From NCBI GenBank assembly GCA_910583995.1, contig CAJTYW010000009.1:6418-70417 (forward strand): a stretch of 64,000 nucleotides of DNA. Reading direction: 5' to 3'. The notes below the pieces were generated by a model. The model saw only the letters and a program-made list of their open reading frames with translations, had not been told where the DNA came from and searched no databases. The DNA is from an uncultured Christensenella sp. (GTDB lineage: Bacteria > Bacillota > Clostridia > Christensenellales > UBA3700). Positions 18,614 through 27,999 of the stretch are shown here, in pieces (position 1 is the first letter of the stretch; each line of letters opens with the position of its first letter). The position numbers and the translations under genes are program-made.

Positions 18614-19336
18614 TTATTTCCCAAACCTTTGTCTTATCACTTCAAACGCAATAATACCTGTTGCAACAGATGCGTTTAAAGAGTTGACATTACCTTTCAT
18701 AGGTATACTTATTGTTTCGTCACAAAGCTTGCGTGTTAAAGGTTTTACACCTTTCCCTTCACTGCCAATGACAATGGCAATATCGTCTGTCATATCGGTA
18801 TTATACATTACTTTTCCGTCTGCTTCTGCAGATACCACTTTGACAAAGTCGTCTTTTAACTCACGGATTGCATCATTTATGTTTGTTACCATAGCAACTT
18901 TAACATAATTACTTGCACCGCTTGAAATTTTAACAACAGTATCTGTTACCATACAAGCTCTGTGCTTTTGTACAATCACGCCGTGACAACCACTACAATC
19001 TGCTACCCTTAAAATACTTCCAACATTATGCGGGTCTTCCAAGCCGTCAAGGATTATCAAAAACAATTTCTCACCTTTTTCCTTTGCAAGCTGTTTCATT
19101 TCTTCTATAGTAGAATATTTAAAGTCCGCAGCCACAGCAATAAAGCCTTGGTGTCTTTTTGTTTCGCTTAGTTTATCCAATTTAATTTTGTCACAAAAAG
19201 TAAATCTGACGCCTTTTTCCTTTGCAAGTCCAATAATATTATCGCTATCGTGTATACCTTTTTGAACTTTTAGCTCAGATATAGTCACACCACTTTTTAG
19301 TGCTTCTTTTACGGCATTTTTGCCTTCTATAATCAT
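18614..19336 (-). CDS. rlmB: 23S rRNA (guanosine-2-prime-O)-methyltransferase, TrmH/SpoU family group 3
   Basis: 240 aa. N-terminal SpoU substrate-binding region (IEGKNAVKEAL) and SPOUT motifs (LDGLEDPHNVGSILR, IVIGSEGKG, IPMKGNVNSLNASVA). Confidence 0.9.
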   Translation of the reverse strand: MIIEGKNAVKEALKSGVTISELKVQKGIHDSDNIIGLAKEKGVRFTFCDKIKLDKLSETKRHQGFIAVAADFKYSTIEEMKQLAKEKGEKLFLIILDGLEDPHNVGSILRVADCSGCHGVIVQKHRACMVTDTVVKISSGASNYVKVAMVTNINDAIRELKDDFVKVVSAEADGKVMYNTDMTDDIAIVIGSEGKGVKPLTRKLCDETISIPMKGNVNSLNASVATGIIAFEVIRQRFGK

Positions 19337-19419
19337 AGAGAACTACCTTTTTCCATTTTATAATGGATATTTTCTTTTTATTGTAATACTTTTAAAATAG
19401 GCTTTCACTACTTAAAATA

Positions 19420-19920
19420 CTAATTAATTTGCTTTAAATTATTATTTTTATAAGTAGTAAATTTTATAGTATAGCCATTTGTTTCCATAGGGTCGCTTTC
19501 ATAAATCAATTTCCAATCACTGTTTTCGTCAAGGTTTTCAAAAAAGCTATCCGCACCGCCGGTTGCATCGACTTTGGTAACTAAAACTTCACTGCAATAT
19601 GGGAGCAATGCTTTATAAATACTAGCCCCACCTATAACATAAACGCTATCAGAATCGTATTTTTTTAGTTCTGCAAACAATTCGTCAAAAGACCTAACTA
19701 TAATGCAGTCATCACGACTAGCAGTACGCGACAACACTATATTCACCCTGTTTTTTAGCGGATTTCCGTTCGGAAAAGATTTTAGTGTATTGTTACCCAT
19801 AACAACAACTTTATTTATTGTTGTTTCCCTAAAAAATTTCATATCTAGCGGAATGGAAAACATTAAATCGTTATTCTTTCCAATTCCCCATTCCTTATCT
19901 GCGTGTAAAATTGCTTTCAT
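19420..19920 (-). CDS. folA: dihydrofolate reductase
   Basis: 166 aa. WGIGKNNDLMFSIPLDMKFFRETT, VVMGNNT and VIGGASIY motifs. Lies 9 bp downstream of thyA. Confidence 0.92.
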   Translation of the reverse strand: MKAILHADKEWGIGKNNDLMFSIPLDMKFFRETTINKVVVMGNNTLKSFPNGNPLKNRVNIVLSRTASRDDCIIVRSFDELFAELKKYDSDSVYVIGGASIYKALLPYCSEVLVTKVDATGGADSFFENLDENSDWKLIYESDPMETNGYTIKFTTYKNNNLKQIN

Positions 19921-19929
19921 TTATTATCC

Positions 19930-20760
19930 TTATTCCGCAACCGGTATTTCGTATTTTTTATCGTTGCAACTGTAATCAACTAGTTTAAAACTATCCACTG
20001 TAAAATCGTAAAAGTTTTTAATGCTTGTGTCCACTTGTAGCTTTGGTGCTGCAAATTGCTTTTGAGCAATTATTTCTTCAACCAATGGAATATGTCTATC
20101 ATAAATATGAGCATCTGCTATAACGTGAACCAGTTCGCCAACTTTAAGTCCGGATACTTGAGCAAACATAATAAGCAAAATAGAATACTGAACAACATTC
20201 CAATTATTAGCTGTAAGCATATCGTTTGAACGCTGATTTAAAATACCATTTAAAGTATCGCCTGAAACATTAAATGTCATTGAATAAGCACAAGGATATA
20301 AATTCATTTCGTGCAAATCGGCAAAATTGTAAATATTAGTCATTATTCTGCGACTAGAAGGGTTATGTTTTAAATCATAAAGAACTCTGTCAACTTGGTC
20401 AAATTCCCCTTCGCGATATTTATGTTTAATGCCCAATTGGTAGCCGTAAGCTTTACCTATAGAACCATTTTCGTCTGCCCATTGATTCCAAATTTTTGAC
20501 TTTAAATCTCTTATATTGTTACTTTTCTTTTGCCATATCCACAAAAGTTCGTCAACGCAAGACTTGAAAAAAGTTTTTCGTATCGTTAAAATAGGAAATT
20601 CTTCATTCAAATTATATCTATTTACTATACCGAATTTTTTTACCGTATGTGCTGGCGTTCCGTCGCTCCATCTTGGACGCACTGGTAAATCTGTATCCCA
20701 AACCCCGTTATCCAAAATATCTCTCATATTTTGAATAAAAATTTCATCAGCCTTACTCAT
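19930..20760 (-). CDS. thyA: thymidylate synthase
   Basis: 276 aa. ThyA motifs RPRWSDGTPAHT, IWQKKSN, active-site LYPCAYSMTF and NQRSNDM. Confidence 0.93.
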   Translation of the reverse strand: MSKADEIFIQNMRDILDNGVWDTDLPVRPRWSDGTPAHTVKKFGIVNRYNLNEEFPILTIRKTFFKSCVDELLWIWQKKSNNIRDLKSKIWNQWADENGSIGKAYGYQLGIKHKYREGEFDQVDRVLYDLKHNPSSRRIMTNIYNFADLHEMNLYPCAYSMTFNVSGDTLNGILNQRSNDMLTANNWNVVQYSILLIMFAQVSGLKVGELVHVIADAHIYDRHIPLVEEIIAQKQFAAPKLQVDTSIKNFYDFTVDSFKLVDYSCNDKKYEIPVAE

Positions 20761-20807
20761 TATACTCTCCTAAAATTTATATTTCAATTTATAGACTACC
20801 TTTCAAA

Positions 20808-21218
20808 CTAAATCTTTTCGATAATTTCAAATAATTGGTTAAGTCTTTCATTTTTTCCTAAAAGATAAAGGTAACCTATAACAGCTTCAAATCCACTTGC
20901 CTTTTTGTAATCTGCTACACTCGCATTTTTTGCCATAGTATTCATATGCGTGTTTCTTGCTCTTTTAAAAATCGCAATTTCATCTTCCGTCAAAATAGAC
21001 ATAAGCTCGTCCATATACTTTGCTTGAGCGGAAGCTTTGATTTGCTCTGACTGCAACTTATGCAACTCTCCTGCTTTTGCAGTAGATGTTGATGCAAGTT
21101 TTGTCCTTACCATAAGCTGTTGCACACTATCACCGACAAACGCCAATACAAGCGGGTTAAGTCCCAAAATTTCTTTTTCAGTTAAAAATTCCTTTGCTAT
21201 TGGTAAATATACTTTCAT
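20808..21218 (-). CDS. mrnC: mini-ribonuclease 3
   Basis: 136 aa with the LAFVGDSV RNase III-like signature. Sits directly downstream of gltX, as in Bacillus. Confidence 0.85.
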   Translation of the reverse strand: MKVYLPIAKEFLTEKEILGLNPLVLAFVGDSVQQLMVRTKLASTSTAKAGELHKLQSEQIKASAQAKYMDELMSILTEDEIAIFKRARNTHMNTMAKNASVADYKKASGFEAVIGYLYLLGKNERLNQLFEIIEKI

Positions 21219-21219
21219 T

Positions 21220-22656
21220 TTAACCTTTTAAATACTCTAAACTGTATTTTAATCTTCTAACAGTCTCTTGTTTTCCAAGAAGGTCTGCCATTTCTGTTGC
21301 ACCGCCTGGTGTCATTTGTGCACCTGTCAATGCAAGCCTTATTGTAAGGAATACTTGTCCTTTTTTGTAACCGCCTTGCTCAATGATTTTTGCTATTATA
21401 TTTTGTAAGTTTTCTTCACTATAATCATTAGTATTTTCAAATTCAGGTATACTCTTTTCCAAAACTTCAATAGCAATTTGCTTGTCCATTTTGTTTTTCT
21501 TGTTTTCGTAAAGCTCTTTATCATATCCTTCAAACTCTTCTAAAAAGTCAATTTTTGAAGGGATTTCACTAAGAATTTCTACCCTAGGAATTAATAGCTT
21601 TGCAAGTTTTTTGTAATCGTATTTGCCTGCAGCCTTGCTTTTTTCAAAAAATGGTGTTGCAAGTGTTACAAATTCGTCTTCAGTTAGTTCCTTTATATAC
21701 AAAGAGTTTAACCATTTCATTTTGCCTTCGTCAAGTATGCTACCGCTCTTGCTTATTCCTTTAACATCAAATGCGTCCATTAGCTCTGCCATAGTCATTT
21801 TTTCTCTATTATCTGAAGGTGCCCAGCCTAATAGTGCAATGTAATTGACAATTGCAGGCACTAAATACCCCTTTTCAAGAAAATCTTCAAAGTTAGCATC
21901 GCCGTGTCTTTTTGAAAGTTTATGTGTAGCATCTCTCATAATTGGCGGTAAGTGCATATATTGCGGTCTCTCCCAACCAAAAGCATCGTACATTAAGTTG
22001 TATTTTGGAGTGCTTGATAAATACTCCATACCACGAATAACGTGTGAAATATTCATTAAATGGTCATCTACTACATTTGCAAAGTTGTAAGTAGGCATAC
22101 CATCGCTTTTGATAAGCACGCCGTCTTCCATATCCGAATTAGGCACTGCGATTTCGCCAAATACCATATCCACATAAGAAGAAACACCTTCGGTAGGTAT
22201 ATTTTGTCTTATAACATAAGGTACACCACTATCAAGTTTTTGCTGTACTTGCTCTTTAGTTAATGACAAACAATGTTTATCATATTTTTTAATCCCATTC
22301 TCGCCTGCTAAGCTATCAAGTCTTTCCTTATCACAAAAACAATAATAAGCACCGCCAAGCTCAACTAGCTTTTTGGCATACTCTAAATAAATTGATTTTC
22401 GTTCGCTTTGGATATATGGTCCAACTCCGCCGTCTTTGTCTGGTCCTTCGTCGTGTTCTATACCTGCTTTTTTTAGTGTATTGTAAATTATTTCAACCGC
22501 ACCTTCAACGTATCTTTCTTGGTCGGTGTCTTCTATTCTTAAAATAAATTTTCCCTTATTTTTTTTGGCAAACAAATACCCATAAAGGCAGGTTCTTAAA
22601 TTGCCGACGTGCATAAACCCTGTAGGGCTTGGTGCAAACCTTGTTCTTACTTCCAT
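21220..22656 (-). CDS. gltX: glutamate--tRNA ligase
   Basis: 478 aa. Class I motifs RFAPSPTGFMHVGNLRT (HIGH-type) and KLSKRHG (KMSKS). Confidence 0.96.
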   Translation of the reverse strand: MEVRTRFAPSPTGFMHVGNLRTCLYGYLFAKKNKGKFILRIEDTDQERYVEGAVEIIYNTLKKAGIEHDEGPDKDGGVGPYIQSERKSIYLEYAKKLVELGGAYYCFCDKERLDSLAGENGIKKYDKHCLSLTKEQVQQKLDSGVPYVIRQNIPTEGVSSYVDMVFGEIAVPNSDMEDGVLIKSDGMPTYNFANVVDDHLMNISHVIRGMEYLSSTPKYNLMYDAFGWERPQYMHLPPIMRDATHKLSKRHGDANFEDFLEKGYLVPAIVNYIALLGWAPSDNREKMTMAELMDAFDVKGISKSGSILDEGKMKWLNSLYIKELTEDEFVTLATPFFEKSKAAGKYDYKKLAKLLIPRVEILSEIPSKIDFLEEFEGYDKELYENKKNKMDKQIAIEVLEKSIPEFENTNDYSEENLQNIIAKIIEQGGYKKGQVFLTIRLALTGAQMTPGGATEMADLLGKQETVRRLKYSLEYLKG

Positions 22657-22697
22657 ATTTTTTACTCCTTATATTCCCTTGTTGACTATTTTAATCA

Positions 22698-22720
22698 AAT
22701 ACCGCTCAAAAATCGGTATT
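22698..22720 (-). terminator. terminator after radC (AATACCG / CGGTATT arms)
   Basis: On the minus strand, AATACCG-atttttgag-CGGTATT followed by TGATT. Confidence 0.55.
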
Positions 22721-22732
22721 ATTTGTTGCACT

Positions 22733-23461
22733 TCAGTATTTTACGTCTCTTATTCTTCCGCGTAACAATTCAAACCTTCCGTTGCTCAAAGAGTCCAAAA
22801 GTCCTGTTTGTTTAAATGAAAAATATCCGCTTTTAGCAATAATAATGTGGTCATAAAAATATATACCTAGCATAGTAAGCGTTAAATATAACTGCTCGGT
22901 CAAATTTTGGTCATTGACACTTGGTGTTACATTGTTTGACGGGTGATTGTGTACAAGAATTACTGTGCTTGCTTCATTTCTTAAAGCTATATCGGCAATT
23001 TCTCTTACATTACAAAATGATTCGTTTACAACACCTTTATTTAGCACAACTCTTTTGATAAGCTTGCCCGCACTATCGCCAAGCAACATATGAATTTCTT
23101 CCCTTGGCAAAGTTTCCATAATAGGACGCATTAAGTTTAAACAAGCTTCCAAATTATTGATATACACTTCGTCAATTTTCTTGCTATAGTATCTACGGCT
23201 TACAGCACTTAGACTATTTAAAAACAATGCCATATTATAGCTTACACCTTTGACTTTTTGCAATCTTTCAATAGGTTGGTCAAACACTCTGCTCAAACTA
23301 CCAAACTCATTTAGTATTGTATGTGCAAGCTCGTTCGTATCTTTTCGTGGCACAACTGCATACAGCAAATACTCCAACACTTCGTGGTCTTGTAAGCTTT
23401 CTATTCCGTTTTGTTCGATTCTTTTTCTCATTCTATCTCTATGTCCATCGTGAACTGCCAT
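22733..23461 (-). CDS. radC: RadC-family JAB/MPN domain protein
   Basis: JAMM motif LVHNHPSNNVTPSVND and HhH-like N-terminus. Start taken at ATG 23461 (GGGGA RBS 5 nt upstream); the track start 23479 is the alternative. Confidence 0.85.
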   Translation of the reverse strand: MAVHDGHRDRMRKRIEQNGIESLQDHEVLEYLLYAVVPRKDTNELAHTILNEFGSLSRVFDQPIERLQKVKGVSYNMALFLNSLSAVSRRYYSKKIDEVYINNLEACLNLMRPIMETLPREEIHMLLGDSAGKLIKRVVLNKGVVNESFCNVREIADIALRNEASTVILVHNHPSNNVTPSVNDQNLTEQLYLTLTMLGIYFYDHIIIAKSGYFSFKQTGLLDSLSNGRFELLRGRIRDVKY

Positions 23462-23637
23462 ATTATCCCCTACAAACATTTTTATTGATTTCTATTTACA
23501 CAAAATTATTATAGCACTTTTGGTTTTTTTTTGCAATATTTTAGATAACTTTATTAAAATTAGTTCTCATTTGTCCTTTTATAGTATATACTAATAAGTA
23601 AATAAAGTTTTTTTGTAAATTTGTATAAGGAGTTTTT

Positions 23638-24927
23638 ATGGAGTATTTTAACGATTATATCAAAGCAACTTCGGAACTAATAAAAATAAATAGTGTGGAA
23701 AGTAGTAAGATAGACGGCAAACCTTTTGGTGCTGGCGTGGACGATTGCCTTAAAAAAGCTTTAAGCATCGCTGAAAGTCTTGGTTTTAAAACTTTTTATG
23801 GTGACGGATACTATGGTTATGCAGAAATTGGCGAAGGTGAAGAAATGCTTGGTATACTTGGGCATTTAGACACTGTGCCAATAGGTAATGATTGGACTAT
23901 TCCTGCCTTAGGCGGAGATATAATTGACGGATTTTTATGTGGAAGGGGGGTTTTAGACGACAAAGGACCTATTATGGCAACACTTTTTGCGACAAAAGAA
24001 CTTGTAGACAGCGGTTTTGTGCCAAATAAAAGAATCCGTATAATATTCGGCTGCGACGAAGAGTCAGGTTGGGAATGTATTGATAAATACTGCGAAAGAG
24101 AAGAAATACCAACAATTGCTTTTACTCCTGACGGAGATTTTCCTGTAATAAACTGCGAAAAAAGCGTTTCCTACTTTAATGTACATCTTAAAAAGCCTAA
24201 ATTTATCACCAATATCCAAGGTGGTGAACGCGCTAATATGGTAATGGATAAAATTGAATGTACCGTTTCTGACGAAATAGCAGCTATACTGCCCGCAGAC
24301 AATGAGTTTGGCGTAATGGTTTGTGGCAATAACCTTACTGCAACTGGTAAATCGGCACACGGCTCTTCCCCACAAACAGGCGATAACGCACTTTGGAAAA
24401 TTGTTAAATTTTTAGGCGGGTACGATACAAGTGCAAAAAACATATCTCAAATTATTTGCAATACTGACGGCTCTGGCTATAACATTAAATGTGAAGACGA
24501 AATTAGCGGAAAACTAACTATAAATATAGGTATGATATCTTGTGATAAAGATAACATTACATTAAGTTTAGATGTAAGACACCCACTTTGCTTGACTCGT
24601 GAAGAACTTTATAAAAAGCTATGTAATACATTTAGCTTTGGCACTGTGGAATACGGATTTTTCCATAATCCTTTGTATATTGCACCTGACCACCCACTTT
24701 GCACTAAACTACTAAGTGCTTATGAGAGTGTTACAGGCGAAAAGTTACAACCAATAACAATAGGTGGTGGTACTTATGCCCGTGCTCTTCCTGTGGCAGT
24801 TGCTTTTGGTCCTATCTTTCCAAATCAGGAATCTACAATACACCAAAAGAATGAAAGGGCAAAACTAACAGACTTGAAAAAAATGTATGACATTTACCTA
24901 AAAGCTATAGAAGAACTAACAAAATAA
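23638..24927 (+). CDS. pepV: M20-family dipeptidase (PepV/Sapep-like)
   Basis: 429 aa. GHLDTVP, GRGVLDDKGP and FGCDEESGWECI metal-ligand motifs. AAGGAG RBS. Confidence 0.85.
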   Translation: MEYFNDYIKATSELIKINSVESSKIDGKPFGAGVDDCLKKALSIAESLGFKTFYGDGYYGYAEIGEGEEMLGILGHLDTVPIGNDWTIPALGGDIIDGFLCGRGVLDDKGPIMATLFATKELVDSGFVPNKRIRIIFGCDEESGWECIDKYCEREEIPTIAFTPDGDFPVINCEKSVSYFNVHLKKPKFITNIQGGERANMVMDKIECTVSDEIAAILPADNEFGVMVCGNNLTATGKSAHGSSPQTGDNALWKIVKFLGGYDTSAKNISQIICNTDGSGYNIKCEDEISGKLTINIGMISCDKDNITLSLDVRHPLCLTREELYKKLCNTFSFGTVEYGFFHNPLYIAPDHPLCTKLLSAYESVTGEKLQPITIGGGTYARALPVAVAFGPIFPNQESTIHQKNERAKLTDLKKMYDIYLKAIEELTK

Positions 24928-25062
24928 AAAGCGAAATTTTATTAAATTAGTCAAAACACCCCGATTTTTGCAAGGTATTTTGATAAAAAAATAAAAATTA
25001 GCATTAAACAGCATAAAGCTAATTTTGAACCAATATATATTTTATTGCGTTCTCAAAACAAC

Positions 25063-25092
25063 AAAAAACACGGAATACTCTTCCGTGTTTTT
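25063..25092. terminator. bidirectional terminator between pepV and aldo/keto reductase gene
   Basis: AAAAAACACGGAA-tactc-TTCCGTGTTTTT. Confidence 0.85.
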
Positions 25093-25106
25093 ATTATTTT
25101 TTTGCT

Positions 25107-26069
25107 TTATAACGCACCTTTGACGATATGCGGGATATAAAACTTTTCCAAATTCTCTATATCTTCAGCGGTCAATTTTATATTAATTGATTTTACTGCA
25201 TCATCTAAATACTGCGTTTTTGTCGCCCCTACTATTGGCGAAGAAACTCCTTTTGCAAACTGCCAAGCAAGTGCTATTTGCGACATTGTAACACTATACT
25301 TTTGGGAAATCTCGTATACCTGTTTTACAATCTCATAGTCTTGCTCTTTGGTTGCATCATATCGTCTAATAGCAATTTTGTCTGTCTCGCTACGCGTGCT
25401 TTTTGAACTCCAATCTAGCCTTGATAATCTTCCTGCTGCAAGCGGAGCATAAGGCGTTAAAGAAACATTGTATTGTTTGCAAATAGGTATAAGTTCTCTT
25501 TCATCTTCACGATATAACAAATTGTAATGGTTTTGCATACTTACAAATTTAGTAAACCCGTTTTTCTCTGCAATGAGCTGCATATTATGAAATTGATATC
25601 CATACATAGCTGACGCACCAAGCGCACGAACTTTTCCTGCCTTTACCAAATTATGTAAAGCTTGCATTGTCTCTTCTATAGGGGTGGAATAATCAAATCT
25701 ATGAATAATGTACAAATCAACATAATCTGTACCCAGTCTTTTTAAAGACATATCTATTTCCCTATTAATAGCTTTGCTGCTTAGCTTTCCTTCATTAAAA
25801 TAAACTTTTGTACCAATTACAACATTTTCACGCTTTGTCAAACTTTTGATAGCTTTTCCCAAATACTCTTCGCTTGTGCCGTTTGAATATTGATTTGCAG
25901 TGTCAAAAAAGTTTATACCCAAATCAATAGAGTGTTTTACCATAGCTTTGCTGCTTTCCGCATCAAGAGTCCACTCGTAAAAATCGGAAGAAGGTTTGCC
26001 AAAACTCATTCCGCCAACACATATACGCGATACAGATATATCCGTATTACCAAGTTTAGTATATTCCAT
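25107..26069 (-). CDS. aldo/keto reductase
   Basis: 320 aa. AKR pattern GGMSFG, FFDTANQYSNGTSEE, DYVDLYIIHRFD, GASAMYGYQF. Confidence 0.9.
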   Translation of the reverse strand: MEYTKLGNTDISVSRICVGGMSFGKPSSDFYEWTLDAESSKAMVKHSIDLGINFFDTANQYSNGTSEEYLGKAIKSLTKRENVVIGTKVYFNEGKLSSKAINREIDMSLKRLGTDYVDLYIIHRFDYSTPIEETMQALHNLVKAGKVRALGASAMYGYQFHNMQLIAEKNGFTKFVSMQNHYNLLYREDERELIPICKQYNVSLTPYAPLAAGRLSRLDWSSKSTRSETDKIAIRRYDATKEQDYEIVKQVYEISQKYSVTMSQIALAWQFAKGVSSPIVGATKTQYLDDAVKSINIKLTAEDIENLEKFYIPHIVKGAL

Positions 26070-26133
26070 AAATCCCCCAAAAAACTTTTTACAATATTTT
26101 TTTTAGACAAATAAACTTCTATTTAAGCAAAAT

Positions 26134-26161
26134 AAAAAACGAAAATAACTTTTCGTTTTTT
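26134..26161 (-). terminator. terminator of pdxS
   Basis: AAAAAACGAAAA-taac-TTTTCGTTTTTT. Confidence 0.8.
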
Positions 26162-26176
26162 ATTTTTATTCTTTAA

Positions 26177-27040
26177 TTATTGTCCTCTTTCTTCCATTTT
26201 GATTTTGATTTCATCGCAGTTGATACCAACAATTGGCTCACCTAAATCTTCAGACAATCTAGCAATCAAATCGTAATCCATATAATTTTCTACTGAACGA
26301 ACGATTGCATCTGCTCTTTTTGCAGGGTTACCAGACTTAAAGATACCGCTACCAACAAATACACCTTCTGCACCTAAATGTCTCATTAATACTGCATCTG
26401 CAGGAGTTGCTACACCACCTGCTGAAAAGTTTGGAACAGGTAATTTGCCATTTTCGTGAACGAATTTAATCAAATCATAAGGAACTTGAAGTTGTTTAGC
26501 TTCTTCATAAAGTTCGTCAGGACTCATAGCTTTAACTGCACGCATTTGAGCTTGCATTGCACGCATATGTCTTACAGCTTGAACAACGTCACCTGTACCT
26601 GCTTCACCTTTAGTTCTTATCATACTTGCACCTTCTTGTACACGACGAAGAGCTTCACCCAAGTTTCTTGCACCGCAAACAAATGGAGCTTTGAAAGACA
26701 TTTTGTCAACGTGATAAACATCATCGGCAGGAGTCAAAACTTCACTCTCATCAATAAAATCGATATTCATAGCTTCAAGTAGTCTTGCCTCAATAAAATG
26801 TCCTATTCTGCACTTTGCCATTACAGGAATTTTAACAGCCTTTTGAATTTCTCTAATCATTTTAGGGTCACTCATACGGCTTACACCGCCTTCTCTTCTG
26901 ATATCGGCAGGAACTCTTTCCAAAGCCATAACAGCACCGGCACCAGCTGCTTCAGCAATTTTAGCTTGCTCAACTGTAGTAACGTCCATAATTACTTTGC
27001 CTTTCAAACTTTCTGCAATCGGATTGTTAATTTTGTACAT
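26177..27040 (-). CDS. pdxS: pyridoxal 5-phosphate synthase lyase subunit PdxS
   Basis: 287 aa, highly conserved SOR/SNZ sequence ([56 protein letters not shown]). Confidence 0.96.
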   Translation of the reverse strand: MYKINNPIAESLKGKVIMDVTTVEQAKIAEAAGAGAVMALERVPADIRREGGVSRMSDPKMIREIQKAVKIPVMAKCRIGHFIEARLLEAMNIDFIDESEVLTPADDVYHVDKMSFKAPFVCGARNLGEALRRVQEGASMIRTKGEAGTGDVVQAVRHMRAMQAQMRAVKAMSPDELYEEAKQLQVPYDLIKFVHENGKLPVPNFSAGGVATPADAVLMRHLGAEGVFVGSGIFKSGNPAKRADAIVRSVENYMDYDLIARLSEDLGEPIVGINCDEIKIKMEERGQ

Positions 27041-27400
27041 ATATATAAATCTCCTTATAGGTTTTATAATTTTTAATTTATTAGCATTTCATATCCAACT
27101 AATATAGAAGGCGTTTTTATTAAATGTTTAAACTCTTCAAAACAATTGTATATAAATTGTGTCTGCTAAATTTACTCATACATTATAACACAACTTTTTA
27201 AATTCTTACAAGCAATAATAAATAATTATCTTAAAATTTTATTTATTATCTGCTATAAAATTTAATTATATTGCTTTTTTAACTAGTATTTCTGGTTGTA
27301 ATAAAAGTTTTTAAGTCTTTTAAGAATAACTGAATACATTTGAAATCATATTTGCTATAATAGGTGCATAAAAAATTTTTACACTAAAAAAGGAGTTTTT

Positions 27401-27664
27401 ATGACAACAGTAGAAGCAATAGCAAAAAGAACAAAACAATTAATGATAGAGAAAAACATTTGCCAAAAAGAATTAGAAATTAAATCTAAAATATCTCATA
27501 GCGTTATGAGTAAAATGCTTTTATGAAAATACAAATATTTAGATTTTAAAATTGTGTTTAAATTATCTGGAGCGTTAGGTATATCTGTATGCGAATTTTT
27601 AGACGACGAATTATTTGATTTAGGCAAATTGGAACTTAAATATAAAAAACCTAAAACCAATTAA
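27401..27664 (+). pseudogene. XRE-family HTH regulator interrupted by a single in-frame TGA (codon 42)
   Basis: AGGAG RBS, then ATG 27401. MTTVEAIAKRTKQLMIEKNICQKELEIKSKISHSVMSKMLL-TGA-KYKYLDFKIVFKLSGALGISVCEFLDDELF..., all in one frame to TAA 27662-27664. The stop sits where HTH_3 proteins have the conserved Gly. Confidence 0.7.
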
Positions 27665-27667
27665 TGT

Positions 27668-27699
27668 AAAAAAAGTTGCCATTTTACAGCAACTTTTTT
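27668..27699. terminator. bidirectional terminator between XRE pseudogene and yerC-like gene
   Basis: AAAAAAGTTGC-cattttaca-GCAACTTTTTTG. Confidence 0.8.
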
Positions 27700-27703
27700 G
27701 TTT

Positions 27704-27988
27704 TTATTTTAATATAGATTTTTCGATTGCTTTTTTATAGCCATCTGCACCACGATGCACGCACCTTGAAACACGGCTTAATGTAGCTGAAGAAATACCT
27801 GTTTCCGCAATTACTTCGTTGTATGTCATACCTTCAAGCAAAAGTTTAGCTGCTCTTAATCTTTGAGCCATTTGTTCTACTTCTTTGTATGTACACAAAT
27901 CGTCAAACAAAGCCTTACATTCTTCCACGCTCTCTATATCTGCTATTGCCTTATATAAATCTGGCAAAAACTCTTCGTAATTTGACAT
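27704..27988 (-). CDS. TrpR-like YerC/YecD-family DNA-binding protein
   Basis: 94 aa. LCTYKEVEQMAQRLRAAKLL..GMTYNEVIAETGISSATLSRVSRCV..GADGYK is the YerC/YecD pattern. Starts 11 bp after the ABC ATPase gene. Confidence 0.8.
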   Translation of the reverse strand: MSNYEEFLPDLYKAIADIESVEECKALFDDLCTYKEVEQMAQRLRAAKLLLEGMTYNEVIAETGISSATLSRVSRCVHRGADGYKKAIEKSILK

Positions 27989-27999
27989 ATATTCCCCCT

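Noticed and set aside
27524-27526. In-frame TGA as evidence for an alternative genetic code (TGA = Gly or Trp)
   Set aside because: Tempting, because the stop aligns with a conserved Gly. However, all other genes, including 1079- and 1227-codon ORFs with many Gly and Trp, contain no internal TGA. Trp is encoded by TGG throughout, and TGA ends potC and the acyl-CoA ligase gene. A single GGA-to-TGA mutation is the simpler explanation.
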